DNA of 64,000 bases from positions 2,891 through 66,890 of the IMG/VR virus record IMGVR_UViG_3300036881_000016; one strand, given 5' to 3'. This stretch comes from a virus. The translations under genes and the position numbers were made by a program. Shown in pieces: positions 1-9,698 of the stretch (position 1 is its first letter; each line of letters begins with the position of its first letter). Below the pieces are notes generated by a model, which made no database searches, was not told the origin of the DNA, and saw only the letters and a list, made by a program, of their open reading frames with translations.

Positions 1-549
1 TTCTTGCTGGTTGGTTGCCGCGTTCAGGATGTCGTCAACAGGCGAGCTGTTGGTCCGGTCAGACCAATAGCAGAACGTAGAGCCTGCGCCTACACCTGTC
101 GGGTTCGACGTCTGTGCTTCGCCGGTGTATCTGCCGGCAGAGTCCCAAGCGCTTGCGGTCATTGCTGTTGCGATAAGGTCGCTTTCTCTTTTGAGAAGCA
201 TCTTGTCGGTCAACAGTTCCGTTGCGTCTGCGTGTAGATCGAAGATTGTGTCCGCGATCTTGAAATCCTCGTCTGTAAGGATTTTCTTTAGAGCCCACCG
301 CTTGACTGCATACGTGCCTTTGGTAAGACCGTACTCAGTGGCTACCGATGGAGTCCCTGCAGCGCGTTCCTGAACCTCATCCCTCATGAAGTCTTCTTGG
401 TTGTACTTCCAATACTGACCTGCTTTGTCATCGACGGGGAGGTTGGGACATACTAAACTTGCTACAAATGCATCATCGGCTTGGGTGTACTCTTCACTGT
501 AAGTCGTGAGTGCCCTGCTGATGTGCATCATATCGTAGGTTGGTTCCAT
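1..549 (-). CDS. Major capsid protein (HK97 fold, probably lambda gpE-like), N-terminal part; runs off the left edge
   Basis: Not in the ORF track. My translation from ATG 549 (RBS AGGAGGTGA) reads MEPTYDMMHISRALTTYSEEYTQADDAFVASLVCPNLPVDDKAGQYWKYNQEDFMRDEVQERAAGT... and is open to position 1. It follows the protease, scaffold and cement genes. Confidence 0.85.
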   Translation of the reverse strand, partial: MEPTYDMMHISRALTTYSEEYTQADDAFVASLVCPNLPVDDKAGQYWKYNQEDFMRDEVQERAAGTPSVATEYGLTKGTYAVKRWALKKILTDEDFKIADTIFDLHADATELLTDKMLLKRESDLIATAMTASAWDSAGRYTGEAQTSNPTGVGAGSTFCYWSDRTNSSPVDDILNAATNQQE

Positions 550-563
550 TTTTCTTCACCTCC

Positions 564-1352
564 TTATGTCGAAGTCACAAAGAATACCCAAATTGCGCCG
601 GTATCGGCGTTCGTAAAGGTCGTGGTGTGCGCGTAAGTCAAACCGAGAGTTGTTGCCGCCGTCACTGTGCAACCTGCGCCTCCGACTGCAGAAGCGTTTA
701 TCGCTGCTACTGCACCTGCTTGCCCACAGTTCGCCGACGTGAGCGATAGCACACCGCCGGTTACTGCGCCTGCGGATGAGGTCAGCGTCAGTGAACCGCT
801 CTTGCCTGCTACGCTGCATGGTGTGTCGATCGTTGCGTAAACTGCTGTGATCGTACCTGCGCTTGGCACCGGAATGCCTGTGACGATTGCGCCGTCAAGT
901 AGTAATGTAGCGAGTGGTACTCTCACTGGATGAATCACTGGTGCGCCTGCGGACACGCCGAGGCTTGGACCCTTGTTGTCGAGTAGGACTTCGCCTATGT
1001 CGCCTTGTAACTGCGAGGTCATTGCTACACCAACGATTGGGTTTGATCCCGTCGCGTGAATGAGCGTTCCGTCAGCTGCAGCTTCCATAGCCCACCCTGG
1101 CGTTGCTCCGCCAACACCAACGAGGTAAAATGACTTGCCGGTTGTCATAACCATGCAAATGTCATCCTGATTTCGCGGGTTTGTCTGTAGGATTCCCATT
1201 GACGGGTTAGCTGTTGCTGCGAGCGCGGCTCGACCATTACTGTCGATCTGAACGGCTGAGTAAATCAGGCCGGTTGCGTTTGTGAGGTCAGATGTGCATA
1301 TATTCGTTGCCGCGTGCATCGAATATACGTTGCCTGGTTGCATTGTCGCCAT
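564..1352 (-). CDS. Capsid cement/decoration protein (DUF2190-like N-terminus plus a beta-rich C-terminal domain)
   Basis: Small-residue-rich pattern 'AVQIDSNGRAALA..MGILQ..IVGVAMTS..GDIGEVLL'; lies between scaffold and MCP. Confidence 0.65.
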   Translation of the reverse strand: MATMQPGNVYSMHAATNICTSDLTNATGLIYSAVQIDSNGRAALAATANPSMGILQTNPRNQDDICMVMTTGKSFYLVGVGGATPGWAMEAAADGTLIHATGSNPIVGVAMTSQLQGDIGEVLLDNKGPSLGVSAGAPVIHPVRVPLATLLLDGAIVTGIPVPSAGTITAVYATIDTPCSVAGKSGSLTLTSSAGAVTGGVLSLTSANCGQAGAVAAINASAVGGAGCTVTAATTLGLTYAHTTTFTNADTGAIWVFFVTST

Positions 1353-2083
1353 TATGCTCGACCCCTTCGCTGCTCGATCTCGTCTTGATACGCGCCTGTA
1401 GAGTTGTAGGCTTCACGAATCACGGCTGTTTTCTTGACCTTGCCGGCGGACTTCTCCATCGCTTGTTTCACGATGGCATCGACTTTGCCTTGCGGCGAGT
1501 CTGAAGTATATCCTTTGCCAAGTTCCTCGAAAGCTTTGCTCGAAGTCATGCTCTTCGCCATCAGCTTGCTTGTGCCGGTAAGACCATCTTCCAGACCTTT
1601 GTAGACGTCTGGCGCTTTGGTCGCGACTTCGCGCAGGATGTTGGCGAGGTCCGGAATCGCAAGGTTCTCAAAATCCTTCGCCTTGTTTCCGAAAACTTCG
1701 ACTTGTCTCTCTTCTTCGTATTTAGCGGCCTTCGCCATCGCCTCTTTAGCGATCTTCTCATTCTCTGCGCTCTTTTTGAGAAGCATTTCGACGTAAGGCT
1801 TCGCTTCCTTCGGGACGTTTGCCAGATCAGGCAGTTCGCTTCCGCTCTTTGCCATCCCTGTCTTTACTTCCGGAGTCTCTGCAGGTTTTTCGCCGCCAAG
1901 CAGTGCAGGCAGCGAGCCTACGACACCCTTGAGTTCGTCAGCGCCGAGTGCTAGTGAACGCACGCCAAATCGCGTGTATTCTTGCACTTGCTCACTCGTC
2001 CCTTCTTTTTCAAAGAGTTCGGTAAGCTTTGCGTCAACGGAGGGGTCAAGTTCCGGAAGAGTCTCCATGAAATTGTCTTCCAT
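1352..2083 (-). CDS. Capsid scaffolding protein (putative)
   Basis: Charged, helical/coiled-coil 243-aa protein between protease and capsid genes. Confidence 0.6.
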   Translation of the reverse strand: MEDNFMETLPELDPSVDAKLTELFEKEGTSEQVQEYTRFGVRSLALGADELKGVVGSLPALLGGEKPAETPEVKTGMAKSGSELPDLANVPKEAKPYVEMLLKKSAENEKIAKEAMAKAAKYEEERQVEVFGNKAKDFENLAIPDLANILREVATKAPDVYKGLEDGLTGTSKLMAKSMTSSKAFEELGKGYTSDSPQGKVDAIVKQAMEKSAGKVKKTAVIREAYNSTGAYQDEIEQRRGRA

Positions 2084-2099
2084 GATGTTCTCCTATTTT

Positions 2100-4151
2100 T
2101 TAATTCAATGGGCAGTCTGCGCCTTCACAGGTCGCTACTATCGTGTGCATATTGTTCGCTGCTACTGCAACGAAGCCGACCGTTGCCGGTCGTATCTTTG
2201 TCAGTTTCAGGATCGTATCGACATCTCCGGCGTTCTTCGCCATATATCCAGGCGGAGCTTCGCCGTAGAGGCCTTCTAGTCTCCCGAACATGCTCTGACC
2301 CTTGTAGGTTCCAGCGTCGATTTCCTTTTTCAGGTCGTCTGAAACGCTGTGTGCTACACGCCAACTGCCAACAGGTATGTCACGATCTCCAAGCTTTTCA
2401 GGTTGGCTCGTGATGTAACTCTCAACAACTCGTGCGTCGGCTAGTTTCTGGTGCTCGGTATCCGCCAGCTGTGAATGCTCCATATACCAATGTGCCGCGT
2501 CTTGCAGGACTTCCGGCGGCGCCCAATGGTTTTGGTCATCCAGCTGGTTCGGCGCATAAACAACCCCTTGCACCACGTTCCTTTTGTCAGGGGCATCAGC
2601 CATAAACAGCCCGAATTGATGCTCGTTATCAGATAACGTAGCGGACTTACTCATATTTGAACTTGTGCTATTTGTGTCGTCGGATGTTCCGGTCGGCCAG
2701 CCCAATTTCTTCGAGTAAGCAGCTAATTGTCCGGCTATCTTTGCTTTATCTGCAGCCGGTATTCCCTGCGCCTGATCGAATCTTGATTTCGCTGCGTGAA
2801 TGGCGTCAGGAATAGCGAATAATACACCATCAATGACCGTAGCGATCGGGAATTTCATATCACTTGTTTTTCCGGTCCCTGGATCATATAAGAAGGCTCG
2901 CCCATATTTGCCCGTGTCAATCGTTCCGTCAGGCTTCTTAGCCCACGCTTTGAGTGTTTTGCGTGCCTGTCCTTCGTTCCAGCCAACGTCTTCGTGCGCT
3001 AGTGGTAACGCTGCGGCTTTCGCCATGTCGATTGCTACGAACTGAGGCTCTATTCCGCCGTCCAGAACTGTCTTGATCGCCTTTATCTTACGAACCAGTT
3101 CGGCGCCGGCCAGATTCACAGAGCCAGATTTAGCCATCTTCGTCAGGACTTTCGGATGCGGCAGTACAAAGTCTGCCATAATCGAATCTCCGATTCCCTG
3201 ACCAAGTGCTATCGTGAGGTCGGGGTCGAGGTTATCAAGTTCTTGTGCAAGGTTGTCCCGCCATTCGAGGACTTCGTTAGGTTTAGGACCGCGTGCATTG
3301 CCATCTTTACCCATCAACATAACCGGAACCTGATGCATGATCGCTACATCTGATCTCTTGAGCCCAAGAGGTGCGAGGTAATTCTTGTCGAACATCGCCC
3401 CTGCGACACCCACCATTGGCTTGCCGCGAACCATTTCAGCGTTGTCAGGCGAACCTTCGACGAATGCAATGAGTGGCTGTCCCTCTTTTAGGATTGGTAT
3501 TTGAGGTGGCACATCGCTCTTGTGCATATCAGTCCAGCCGAGTCGCTTTGAATAACCCGCCAGGACTGAGGCGATTCGAGCTTTAGCAGCGGCAGGAATA
3601 CTGCTTCCAAGCAAGCGCCCTTTTGCCGCCCGAATCGCGTTCGGCACCGCAGTAAGTGTCCCGTTTATAACTGTCGCTATTGGGAATTTATATGACGTCA
3701 GTAAGGTGGACGGGGTGCCGTGAAACAAGAAGCCCTGTCCGTACTTGGCCGTATCAACTGTTCCATCTGGTTTTGTAGCCCATTTCCGAAGTGCGGCTCT
3801 TGCGGCACCCGCATCCCACGTAGTTCCTGCCGAGGCCATTGGCATACCTGCTTTGGCTAACGGCAGATTCACCTCTTTTGGATTGGTGAACATTGGAGAA
3901 AGTGGCATACGGTTGCTGATCCGCAAGCCACGCTTTTTCATTTCGTTGTAAATGTTCTCGCCTGGCGTGACGAATGCCTGTGCCGGCTGTTCCATTCGGA
4001 TAGCGTCGCCGAACCATTCGTTATAGGCTCCCCATGCCTTAGCGAGTTGTGCGTCTGAAAACTTACCGAGGACGGCTGGTGTGACGCTCACTGAAGCAAT
4101 GAGCGATTGATCCAGGGCGCCCTTCTCTATTTCTTGTTCTGAAATCGACAT
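2100..4151 (-). CDS. Prohead protease (XkdF-like C-terminal domain) fused to a duplicated helical domain and a UDG-like domain
   Basis: C-terminal 'VVQGVVYAPNQLDDQNH..AAHWYM..EH..VVESYI..GSW..KGQSMFG' is XkdF-like. Two copies of 'W....AR..L..WA.KPDGT.DT.KYG..FL..KFPIATVI.G.L.A.P.AI.AAK.R' flank a family-4 UDG-like segment. Confidence 0.75.
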   Translation of the reverse strand: MSISEQEIEKGALDQSLIASVSVTPAVLGKFSDAQLAKAWGAYNEWFGDAIRMEQPAQAFVTPGENIYNEMKKRGLRISNRMPLSPMFTNPKEVNLPLAKAGMPMASAGTTWDAGAARAALRKWATKPDGTVDTAKYGQGFLFHGTPSTLLTSYKFPIATVINGTLTAVPNAIRAAKGRLLGSSIPAAAKARIASVLAGYSKRLGWTDMHKSDVPPQIPILKEGQPLIAFVEGSPDNAEMVRGKPMVGVAGAMFDKNYLAPLGLKRSDVAIMHQVPVMLMGKDGNARGPKPNEVLEWRDNLAQELDNLDPDLTIALGQGIGDSIMADFVLPHPKVLTKMAKSGSVNLAGAELVRKIKAIKTVLDGGIEPQFVAIDMAKAAALPLAHEDVGWNEGQARKTLKAWAKKPDGTIDTGKYGRAFLYDPGTGKTSDMKFPIATVIDGVLFAIPDAIHAAKSRFDQAQGIPAADKAKIAGQLAAYSKKLGWPTGTSDDTNSTSSNMSKSATLSDNEHQFGLFMADAPDKRNVVQGVVYAPNQLDDQNHWAPPEVLQDAAHWYMEHSQLADTEHQKLADARVVESYITSQPEKLGDRDIPVGSWRVAHSVSDDLKKEIDAGTYKGQSMFGRLEGLYGEAPPGYMAKNAGDVDTILKLTKIRPATVGFVAVAANNMHTIVATCEGADCPLN

Positions 4152-4154
4152 ATC

Positions 4155-5732
4155 TTATGCCCTCCTCGTCTTAGTTCGTGCAGGAATCTTCTTCTTAGCC
4201 GGCGGTTTCTTAGCTGGTGCTGGTTGCGTCGTCGGTTTAGCAAGTGCCGGAGGCGGTGCTGCTGCGCGTGCCCCGGGTTCTGCCGCCGTTACGGTCCCAC
4301 CTGCGAGGTCAGCCGAAGTCTCGTTAGTTGTTGGGCCTTCGACCCACGCTGCCTGCTGTGGTGTGGCTGCTGCTGCTGCTGCCATCGCTTCTTTGATGTG
4401 GTCTGCAATCTCGTTGTTCGCAGTTGTGTCCACGTGTGGCAGTCCCGCCTCGTCGAGTATTGCATTCAAGAGGTCGTCGTTCGGGAAGATCGCTGCGCTC
4501 GCCTTAACGAGGTTCGCCATCAACTTGCCGAGGTCCGCAACTTCAGTCTTAGCGACGTTGCCGTGAACCAGTTTCGGGATGCCTGAAACTGCGCCGAAGT
4601 CGTTGTATTCGGCTAACTGCGTCATCGCCTGCTTGTTTATTGTTTCGCAGATAGCATCGCAGATTGATTCGATAAACATAACAAAGAAACTCGATTTATT
4701 GCTCGAGAGTGCGTAGGAACCTGGCCCTCCGGACGGGAGTAACATAAAGTCGGCCTGCAGTCCTCGAGCGATCTCTGCCTGATATCTCTGGATAGGCTGC
4801 AACGTTGGCAACCCTGTTCCACGAGTGGTTAGTTGCTGGCCGCCGGTGAGCCCTATTGAATACATCGGCACGCTGGTTGCTGGCCACACATCTGAAGGGA
4901 TAACAAAGTTAGCGTCTTCATTTCTGCGAACGTTGTCAGCAATGTCCTGATACTTCTTGAGTACTTTCGTATTCTTTTTAAGCCAGTTCTCGGACGGGAT
5001 TCGCACTTCTGGCAGTCCAGCGACGTTTCGCTCAATGCCGATCAGTTCAATGAGTTCCAGTTTGTGTTTCGCGTACCAAGCCATATAGACCCCGCGCCAC
5101 CAGCTCTCACCTTCGGGGTTGTTCTTTGTGCTGTTGTGGCGGAAGTGGATGCACTTCTCTATCGGGATCGTGATGTATTCAGATGCAGGGATGAGTACCT
5201 GTTGCGTGAACCCTGTGAGTTCCTGCGTCTTGAGATCAAAGTCCCAACGATAAACAGTTTCTTGTGGTCTGAATCCCCACTTCTTCCAGCCTATGTGGCC
5301 GTCAGGGCGCCGCATCCAAACCATCTCAAACAAGCCGAAGCCCATATCAGGATAGGTTAGGATCTCATTCAACTTCTCCTGCCAGGACATATCGAGTGAA
5401 TTGAAAATACAATCAGTAGCAAAGTCTGCGAAGGCCTTGTCGCCGCTAAGCGTTCCGGCAGGTTGTATGAAAAACTCGACCTGGTGAATGGCCATCTTCG
5501 TAGCGTTGCCGACAGCCGCAACCGTGGCGTCGGTCCCCATCATAGTCTTATAGGTGCGAAGCCGTTGCTTACGGTTCTGTAACTTAGGAAGCCACTCTTC
5601 TAAGATGAATCCGTACGCTTCTCTCAGTCCTGGCTTACCGATCTCAGCCATCGTAGCAGCAGGCCGTCCGGCTCCTGGTGCTCTCCGTTTCACAATCTTA
5701 GCCGGTTTCGCCTTAGTTTTAGTCGCTGCCAT
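4155..5732 (-). CDS. Portal protein (DUF935/Mu gp29-like)
   Basis: Directly downstream of TerL, 525 aa. Motifs 'GFGLFEMVW', 'IPIEKCIHFRH..NNPEGESWWR..Y.AW..K', 'GIERNVAGLP', 'GSYALS'. Confidence 0.88.
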   Translation of the reverse strand: MAATKTKAKPAKIVKRRAPGAGRPAATMAEIGKPGLREAYGFILEEWLPKLQNRKQRLRTYKTMMGTDATVAAVGNATKMAIHQVEFFIQPAGTLSGDKAFADFATDCIFNSLDMSWQEKLNEILTYPDMGFGLFEMVWMRRPDGHIGWKKWGFRPQETVYRWDFDLKTQELTGFTQQVLIPASEYITIPIEKCIHFRHNSTKNNPEGESWWRGVYMAWYAKHKLELIELIGIERNVAGLPEVRIPSENWLKKNTKVLKKYQDIADNVRRNEDANFVIPSDVWPATSVPMYSIGLTGGQQLTTRGTGLPTLQPIQRYQAEIARGLQADFMLLPSGGPGSYALSSNKSSFFVMFIESICDAICETINKQAMTQLAEYNDFGAVSGIPKLVHGNVAKTEVADLGKLMANLVKASAAIFPNDDLLNAILDEAGLPHVDTTANNEIADHIKEAMAAAAAATPQQAAWVEGPTTNETSADLAGGTVTAAEPGARAAAPPPALAKPTTQPAPAKKPPAKKKIPARTKTRRA

Positions 5733-5738
5733 TGTTAA

Positions 5739-8294
5739 TCACAACTGGTCCATGTATTCGTATCCGCGTCCGTAGCTGACTCCCGGCATAATGCTTTTGT
5801 AAAGCCGACGCGTCAGGGAAAAAGTGTAGACGCCATATCTCATAGCGTCCATAAGATCATCGAAGCCTGCTTTCTTGTTCGGCAGTTCCATAACTCTACC
5901 TGCCTGATCCTTCGCTCGTTGGTAGCCGCCGATTTCAGAAAGGAAGTGGTCGCATTGAGTATGAATCTTGATACTATATTGCCTAACGGCGCCAATGCCG
6001 TCGAGGACATTCTTCTGTGCTGGCTGCGCGTTTAATCCGCCAATCTGCATCTCTTTGATGCTGGCCGGATTCGCCGAGTCACAATAAATAGGGATGTTTT
6101 CGGCTATGCCATTCGCGTTCAATTTGGACTTGATTGAATCAATGAAGTCTCGGTTAAGCTCCTCGCGCTGATACACCTCGTCAATGACGTAGAGGTCGTG
6201 GTTCTCATCGTCAATGCCCATCACGCAGAACGCCGAAGGGTGAGAATACCCGAAGTCAGCACCGCCGATGATCGTGTCAAACTTTGTCTCTTTCGGCTCG
6301 AAGCCCCACGGTTCCCAATTCTCATAGACCATCGCGCCGAGTTCACCCCAAAGTCCGAGCGTGTAAACCTTGAATCGGTTCTTGTCCTTGATGTTCTCAA
6401 GGGATTTCTTGTAAGCCTCATCAATAAACTCGTTGTCTTTATAGGTGTAGTGGCGAACGCTTGTGTCTTCATCTTCCAATGGTTGATCCTGATTGTCAAA
6501 GAACAGTTCGTGCAACCAATGGTTCCGGTCGATAGGATTGAATGTTAAGATAAGTTGTCGGGATTGTCCTTCGGGAAGTTCACGGCCACGAAGGCGCATC
6601 CGGATCATCTCAAATTCTTCAAGTGAAAGCTCTGTCGGCTCCTCAATCCACATCCCTGAGATATCGGTAAGGGACTTGATTGAGGCTGCAACCTCACCGC
6701 CTTGAGAATCCACGATCGCCATTCCTTGTATGACTGATCCGTTCTCGAACGTGATCTTCATAGTGGTGTTGTTGGGATGATACGGGATCAGATTCTCATT
6801 CAAAATCTGAATGAGCATACGATATGCCGTAACGCGCAACCGTGGCGACCAGGCTCGCATTACGATCGTCATTGAATTGGGATACTTGAGCGACTTCATT
6901 ATGACTTTCTGCGCTGCTGCGACTGAATTATGCGTTACTGTAAAGTCTTCAAGGAGATACCTACCGTCGCCGTCGAGTTGGAAGCCAACCCATTCGCCTT
7001 CCCCGTCTGGTTCAACTTTTATGGACGTTGCGCCTTCGGTTGACCCAAACTGGTGCGATGTTCTGGTTGCCTGCTTTCTGGCGATCTTAGTCGGAATCAT
7101 GTTTACAGCGCCCGTAATGTGCAGACGCCAATAAAGTCCCTCGAAACCGATAGATTTGATCGTCTTCTTGACTTTGCGACACGAACAACGCAGCCCTAGT
7201 GAATGACAGATGTACCGCACTTGTTTTGCGAGTTGTTCGTCTTTCTGAATAAAATCAAAGCCCCCGTGACTTATTGACCCGTCTGTGTCTATAAGTCCAG
7301 CCAGCAACGCCAAGCGCGTCTTTCGACTACCGTAAAGAAAATCGTCGGGAATATGCTTGTTATTAAGAAGATTGTAATGCTGGAATGCGTGGAGCAGCAC
7401 CGTAGCGACGCCACCTTTATTTCCATTTGTTAGGTGGTAGCTTCTTGCGGAGGTTCCTTTTTTACGAATGATTGTGGTTTTTAATAGCCACTCTGAAGCG
7501 AAGTTAAACAAAAATTCAACTATCTCGTCATCGGCGGTGGTAATCGTGGTGCTGTTTGAATGGCCATCCCCCAACCATAGTCCTAAGAAATACGGGTCAA
7601 CCTTTGGCTCAGTATTTTTGGGAAAATCGACTCCGACTGAAAATCCGTAGAAGTGGCGTTTCCACTTCTTCCCTTTTTCGAGGTATTCCGGAAGTGGGAT
7701 ATCAACAATGTCCGGCTCATCCGGATATACGCCTCTTGGGCGTTTGTAGTTGCCTGAGTCGTAAAGTTTGCCTTTGTCCTTCGTAGAGAAATCTGCTTTT
7801 TTAAGTGTGAGCGTATGTTGGTCGTTCACCACATAATCCATTCCGCGCGTCTGGTGAACCTTGTAAAGTGGGCCATACCCGCTGTGCGTTTCGACGACGT
7901 TTCTCGGGTTTGAATCAGGTCCCATAACTTGATCGCCGATTTTGATGTCCTCAACTTTTACAAGTTCTCCGTTGAACTTAACGACCAGTGTGCCTTTCTT
8001 CAAAGTCTTGCCAGCACCTGCGCCGCCTTCGGCCACTAGATAGCGTCGCTTCTCTAAGAAAAATGGAAGAAAACTCTCTTGCGGGAATGCTCGAGGCCTG
8101 ACTTCACGGCCAATGATCTCAGGACCGTATTCAGGGGGTTCTGCGCCTAACTTCAGAGCCTCGATATCGTGTGATTCAGGCTGAAAGGGAATGTCATCAT
8201 CGCCAAGGTCAAGGTCGATGTGGTCGATATCGCCATCTACACGTTCGTTTCGCTTCCAGGGCGATTTAATTCGCCGACCTTTTGCTGATGCCAT
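5739..8294 (-). CDS. terL: Terminase large subunit (PBSX/Terminase_3-like), interrupted by an intein
   Basis: Walker A GGAGAGK(T/S), Walker B 'GMWIEEPTE', coupling motif 'LTFNP', RNase H-like nuclease 'GADFGYSHP..YCDSANP..DDLMDAMRY'. Confidence 0.95.
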   Translation of the reverse strand: MASAKGRRIKSPWKRNERVDGDIDHIDLDLGDDDIPFQPESHDIEALKLGAEPPEYGPEIIGREVRPRAFPQESFLPFFLEKRRYLVAEGGAGAGKTLKKGTLVVKFNGELVKVEDIKIGDQVMGPDSNPRNVVETHSGYGPLYKVHQTRGMDYVVNDQHTLTLKKADFSTKDKGKLYDSGNYKRPRGVYPDEPDIVDIPLPEYLEKGKKWKRHFYGFSVGVDFPKNTEPKVDPYFLGLWLGDGHSNSTTITTADDEIVEFLFNFASEWLLKTTIIRKKGTSARSYHLTNGNKGGVATVLLHAFQHYNLLNNKHIPDDFLYGSRKTRLALLAGLIDTDGSISHGGFDFIQKDEQLAKQVRYICHSLGLRCSCRKVKKTIKSIGFEGLYWRLHITGAVNMIPTKIARKQATRTSHQFGSTEGATSIKVEPDGEGEWVGFQLDGDGRYLLEDFTVTHNSVAAAQKVIMKSLKYPNSMTIVMRAWSPRLRVTAYRMLIQILNENLIPYHPNNTTMKITFENGSVIQGMAIVDSQGGEVAASIKSLTDISGMWIEEPTELSLEEFEMIRMRLRGRELPEGQSRQLILTFNPIDRNHWLHELFFDNQDQPLEDEDTSVRHYTYKDNEFIDEAYKKSLENIKDKNRFKVYTLGLWGELGAMVYENWEPWGFEPKETKFDTIIGGADFGYSHPSAFCVMGIDDENHDLYVIDEVYQREELNRDFIDSIKSKLNANGIAENIPIYCDSANPASIKEMQIGGLNAQPAQKNVLDGIGAVRQYSIKIHTQCDHFLSEIGGYQRAKDQAGRVMELPNKKAGFDDLMDAMRYGVYTFSLTRRLYKSIMPGVSYGRGYEYMDQL
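6927..8006 (-). mobile_element. Intein (360 aa) with a LAGLIDADG homing endonuclease, inserted in the TerL Walker A motif
   Basis: Starts GK|TLKKGTLVVKFNGELVKVEDIKIGDQVMGPD (block A); block B 'VNDQH'; LAGLIDADG motifs 'PYFLGLWLGDG' and 'LLAGLIDTDG'; ends 'FTVTHN|S'. Confidence 0.93.
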
Positions 8295-8299
8295 TACGT

Positions 8300-8315
8300 G
8301 TTTCCTACAGGAAAC
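8300..8315. promoter_or_regulatory. 16-bp palindrome GTTTCCTACAGGAAAC (copy 1 of 6)
   Basis: Intergenic, immediately upstream of the terL start codon. Confidence 0.7.
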
Positions 8316-8318
8316 GGG

Positions 8319-8552
8319 CTACTCGGGTTCCACTCTGAGCAATATGCTGCCAGTAAGTTGTTCCGTGGCTTTTAAATGGAGCCTTAATTTGCCATCTTCC
8401 GGCATGATTTCAATGCGAATTATCGTTAATTTCTTCTGCTTCGCCTGATTTTCTTCTATTACGCTCTTAATTAACTCAAAATCGCTTCTGGAAACCCTTA
8501 ATACGAGCTTATTTTCGTCAACGGAGAAAGAACATCCCGCAGAATTGTCCAA
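8319..8552 (-). CDS. Hypothetical protein
   Basis: Co-oriented ORF with AGGTGAG RBS in the packaging operon. Confidence 0.55.
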   Translation of the reverse strand: MDNSAGCSFSVDENKLVLRVSRSDFELIKSVIEENQAKQKKLTIIRIEIMPEDGKLRLHLKATEQLTGSILLRVEPE

Positions 8553-8567
8553 AAACTCACCTCAAGT

Positions 8568-8753
8568 TTACCACTTCTTGCCGCCGTGGGCCTTGAATCC
8601 AGCGATGCGGCCTGCGGCCTTCGCGACTTGTTTCTTTGTCCCTTGTGCAAGTGCCTTACCTGTTGTGGGGCTTCTTAGAACGTGTGATCCCTTGGCGCCT
8701 TTCTTTTTGAGCTTAGTCTTCCCAGGGGTATTACCTGCTTTTTGAATTGGCAT
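8568..8753 (-). CDS. Small, highly basic protein (61 aa, no acidic residues)
   Basis: MPIQKAGNTPGKTKLKKKGAKG...; start reassigned to 8753, behind AGGAGGAG. Confidence 0.7.
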   Translation of the reverse strand: MPIQKAGNTPGKTKLKKKGAKGSHVLRSPTTGKALAQGTKKQVAKAAGRIAGFKAHGGKKW

Positions 8754-9271
8754 TTCTCCTCCTATCTGAATATATACACGACGCCGATTACGATGAGTGC
8801 TATAAGGCACGCGCCCACAATATCACCGATTGTCTGTTTTGACATCCCGATCCTCCTGTGCGAACGCTGCCTCGTAATAGACTTTCAACGTGATCCCTTC
8901 TGCATTAAGCATTAGATTCTGTAAGTTATCCATATAGCGACGAGCGATCTGTTCTGCCGTTTGGTGGCATCGCAGGTCACAACCTTCGCCTTCGTGTTCA
9001 AACATCTTTAGGGCCAGTCATGGTTTCCATCCGGATTCTCTTATCGTCAATATCCTCAATGTCGATCGGTTCTTTGCGTTCTTTCCGATAATCGAAAGAA
9101 TACGTGAACCGTTCCGGAGTCTGAATCATTTGATCCACGGTGGTACGACTCGTTGGACGCCCATATATGAGTCTTTGCTGCCTTTGTCTACATTGATGAT
9201 TTCATACTCTAAGTGGCTGCCGTCCTTGCATCGCGCCTTGTTGTTGCGTCCCATCGAATGTTTGAATGACA

Positions 9272-9691
9272 TTACTTAGGTCTGGTCCGCGTTCCTACGT
9301 TCGGTTGTGTCTTCGTTATTGGTCGGGTGCGAGTCCCGACGTTCGGCCCTGTGCCTTGTTTTGGTGGAGTTGTAGTTCCTGTATTCGGAGTCGCACCTGC
9401 GTTGGGCCGCGTTCGTTGTCCGATGTTAGGTGGCGTTCCTTGCACTGGTCGCGTTCTCGTCCCGCGTGCCTGAGTTACTGACGGCGCATTCGCAGTATTC
9501 GCTCCGATAATAGGGACGCCTTGTTTTGAGATATTCGCGCCTGACGCAACTGCTTGTGGTGTCGTGGTCACAGGTTTCGCTGTTCCTCCAACTGACTGGC
9601 CAGACGCGACGGGGGCCGAATACCCGGGAACCGCTGCATTGCCTTGTCTAACAGTCTGCTTCTTTCCAACCGTTACTTTTCCACGTGCCAT
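9272..9691 (-). CDS. Basic low-complexity protein with PN(I/V)G(Q/T)RTRP repeats
   Basis: MARGKVTVGKK...; T/P/G/R-rich with no acidic residues; three PNxGxRTRP copies. Confidence 0.65.
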   Translation of the reverse strand: MARGKVTVGKKQTVRQGNAAVPGYSAPVASGQSVGGTAKPVTTTPQAVASGANISKQGVPIIGANTANAPSVTQARGTRTRPVQGTPPNIGQRTRPNAGATPNTGTTTPPKQGTGPNVGTRTRPITKTQPNVGTRTRPK

Positions 9692-9698
9692 CGTTAAT

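Noticed and set aside
4-749. Short ORFs listed in the track at the left edge
   Set aside because: Shadow ORFs overlapping the major capsid gene (549 to 1, minus strand) and the cement gene.
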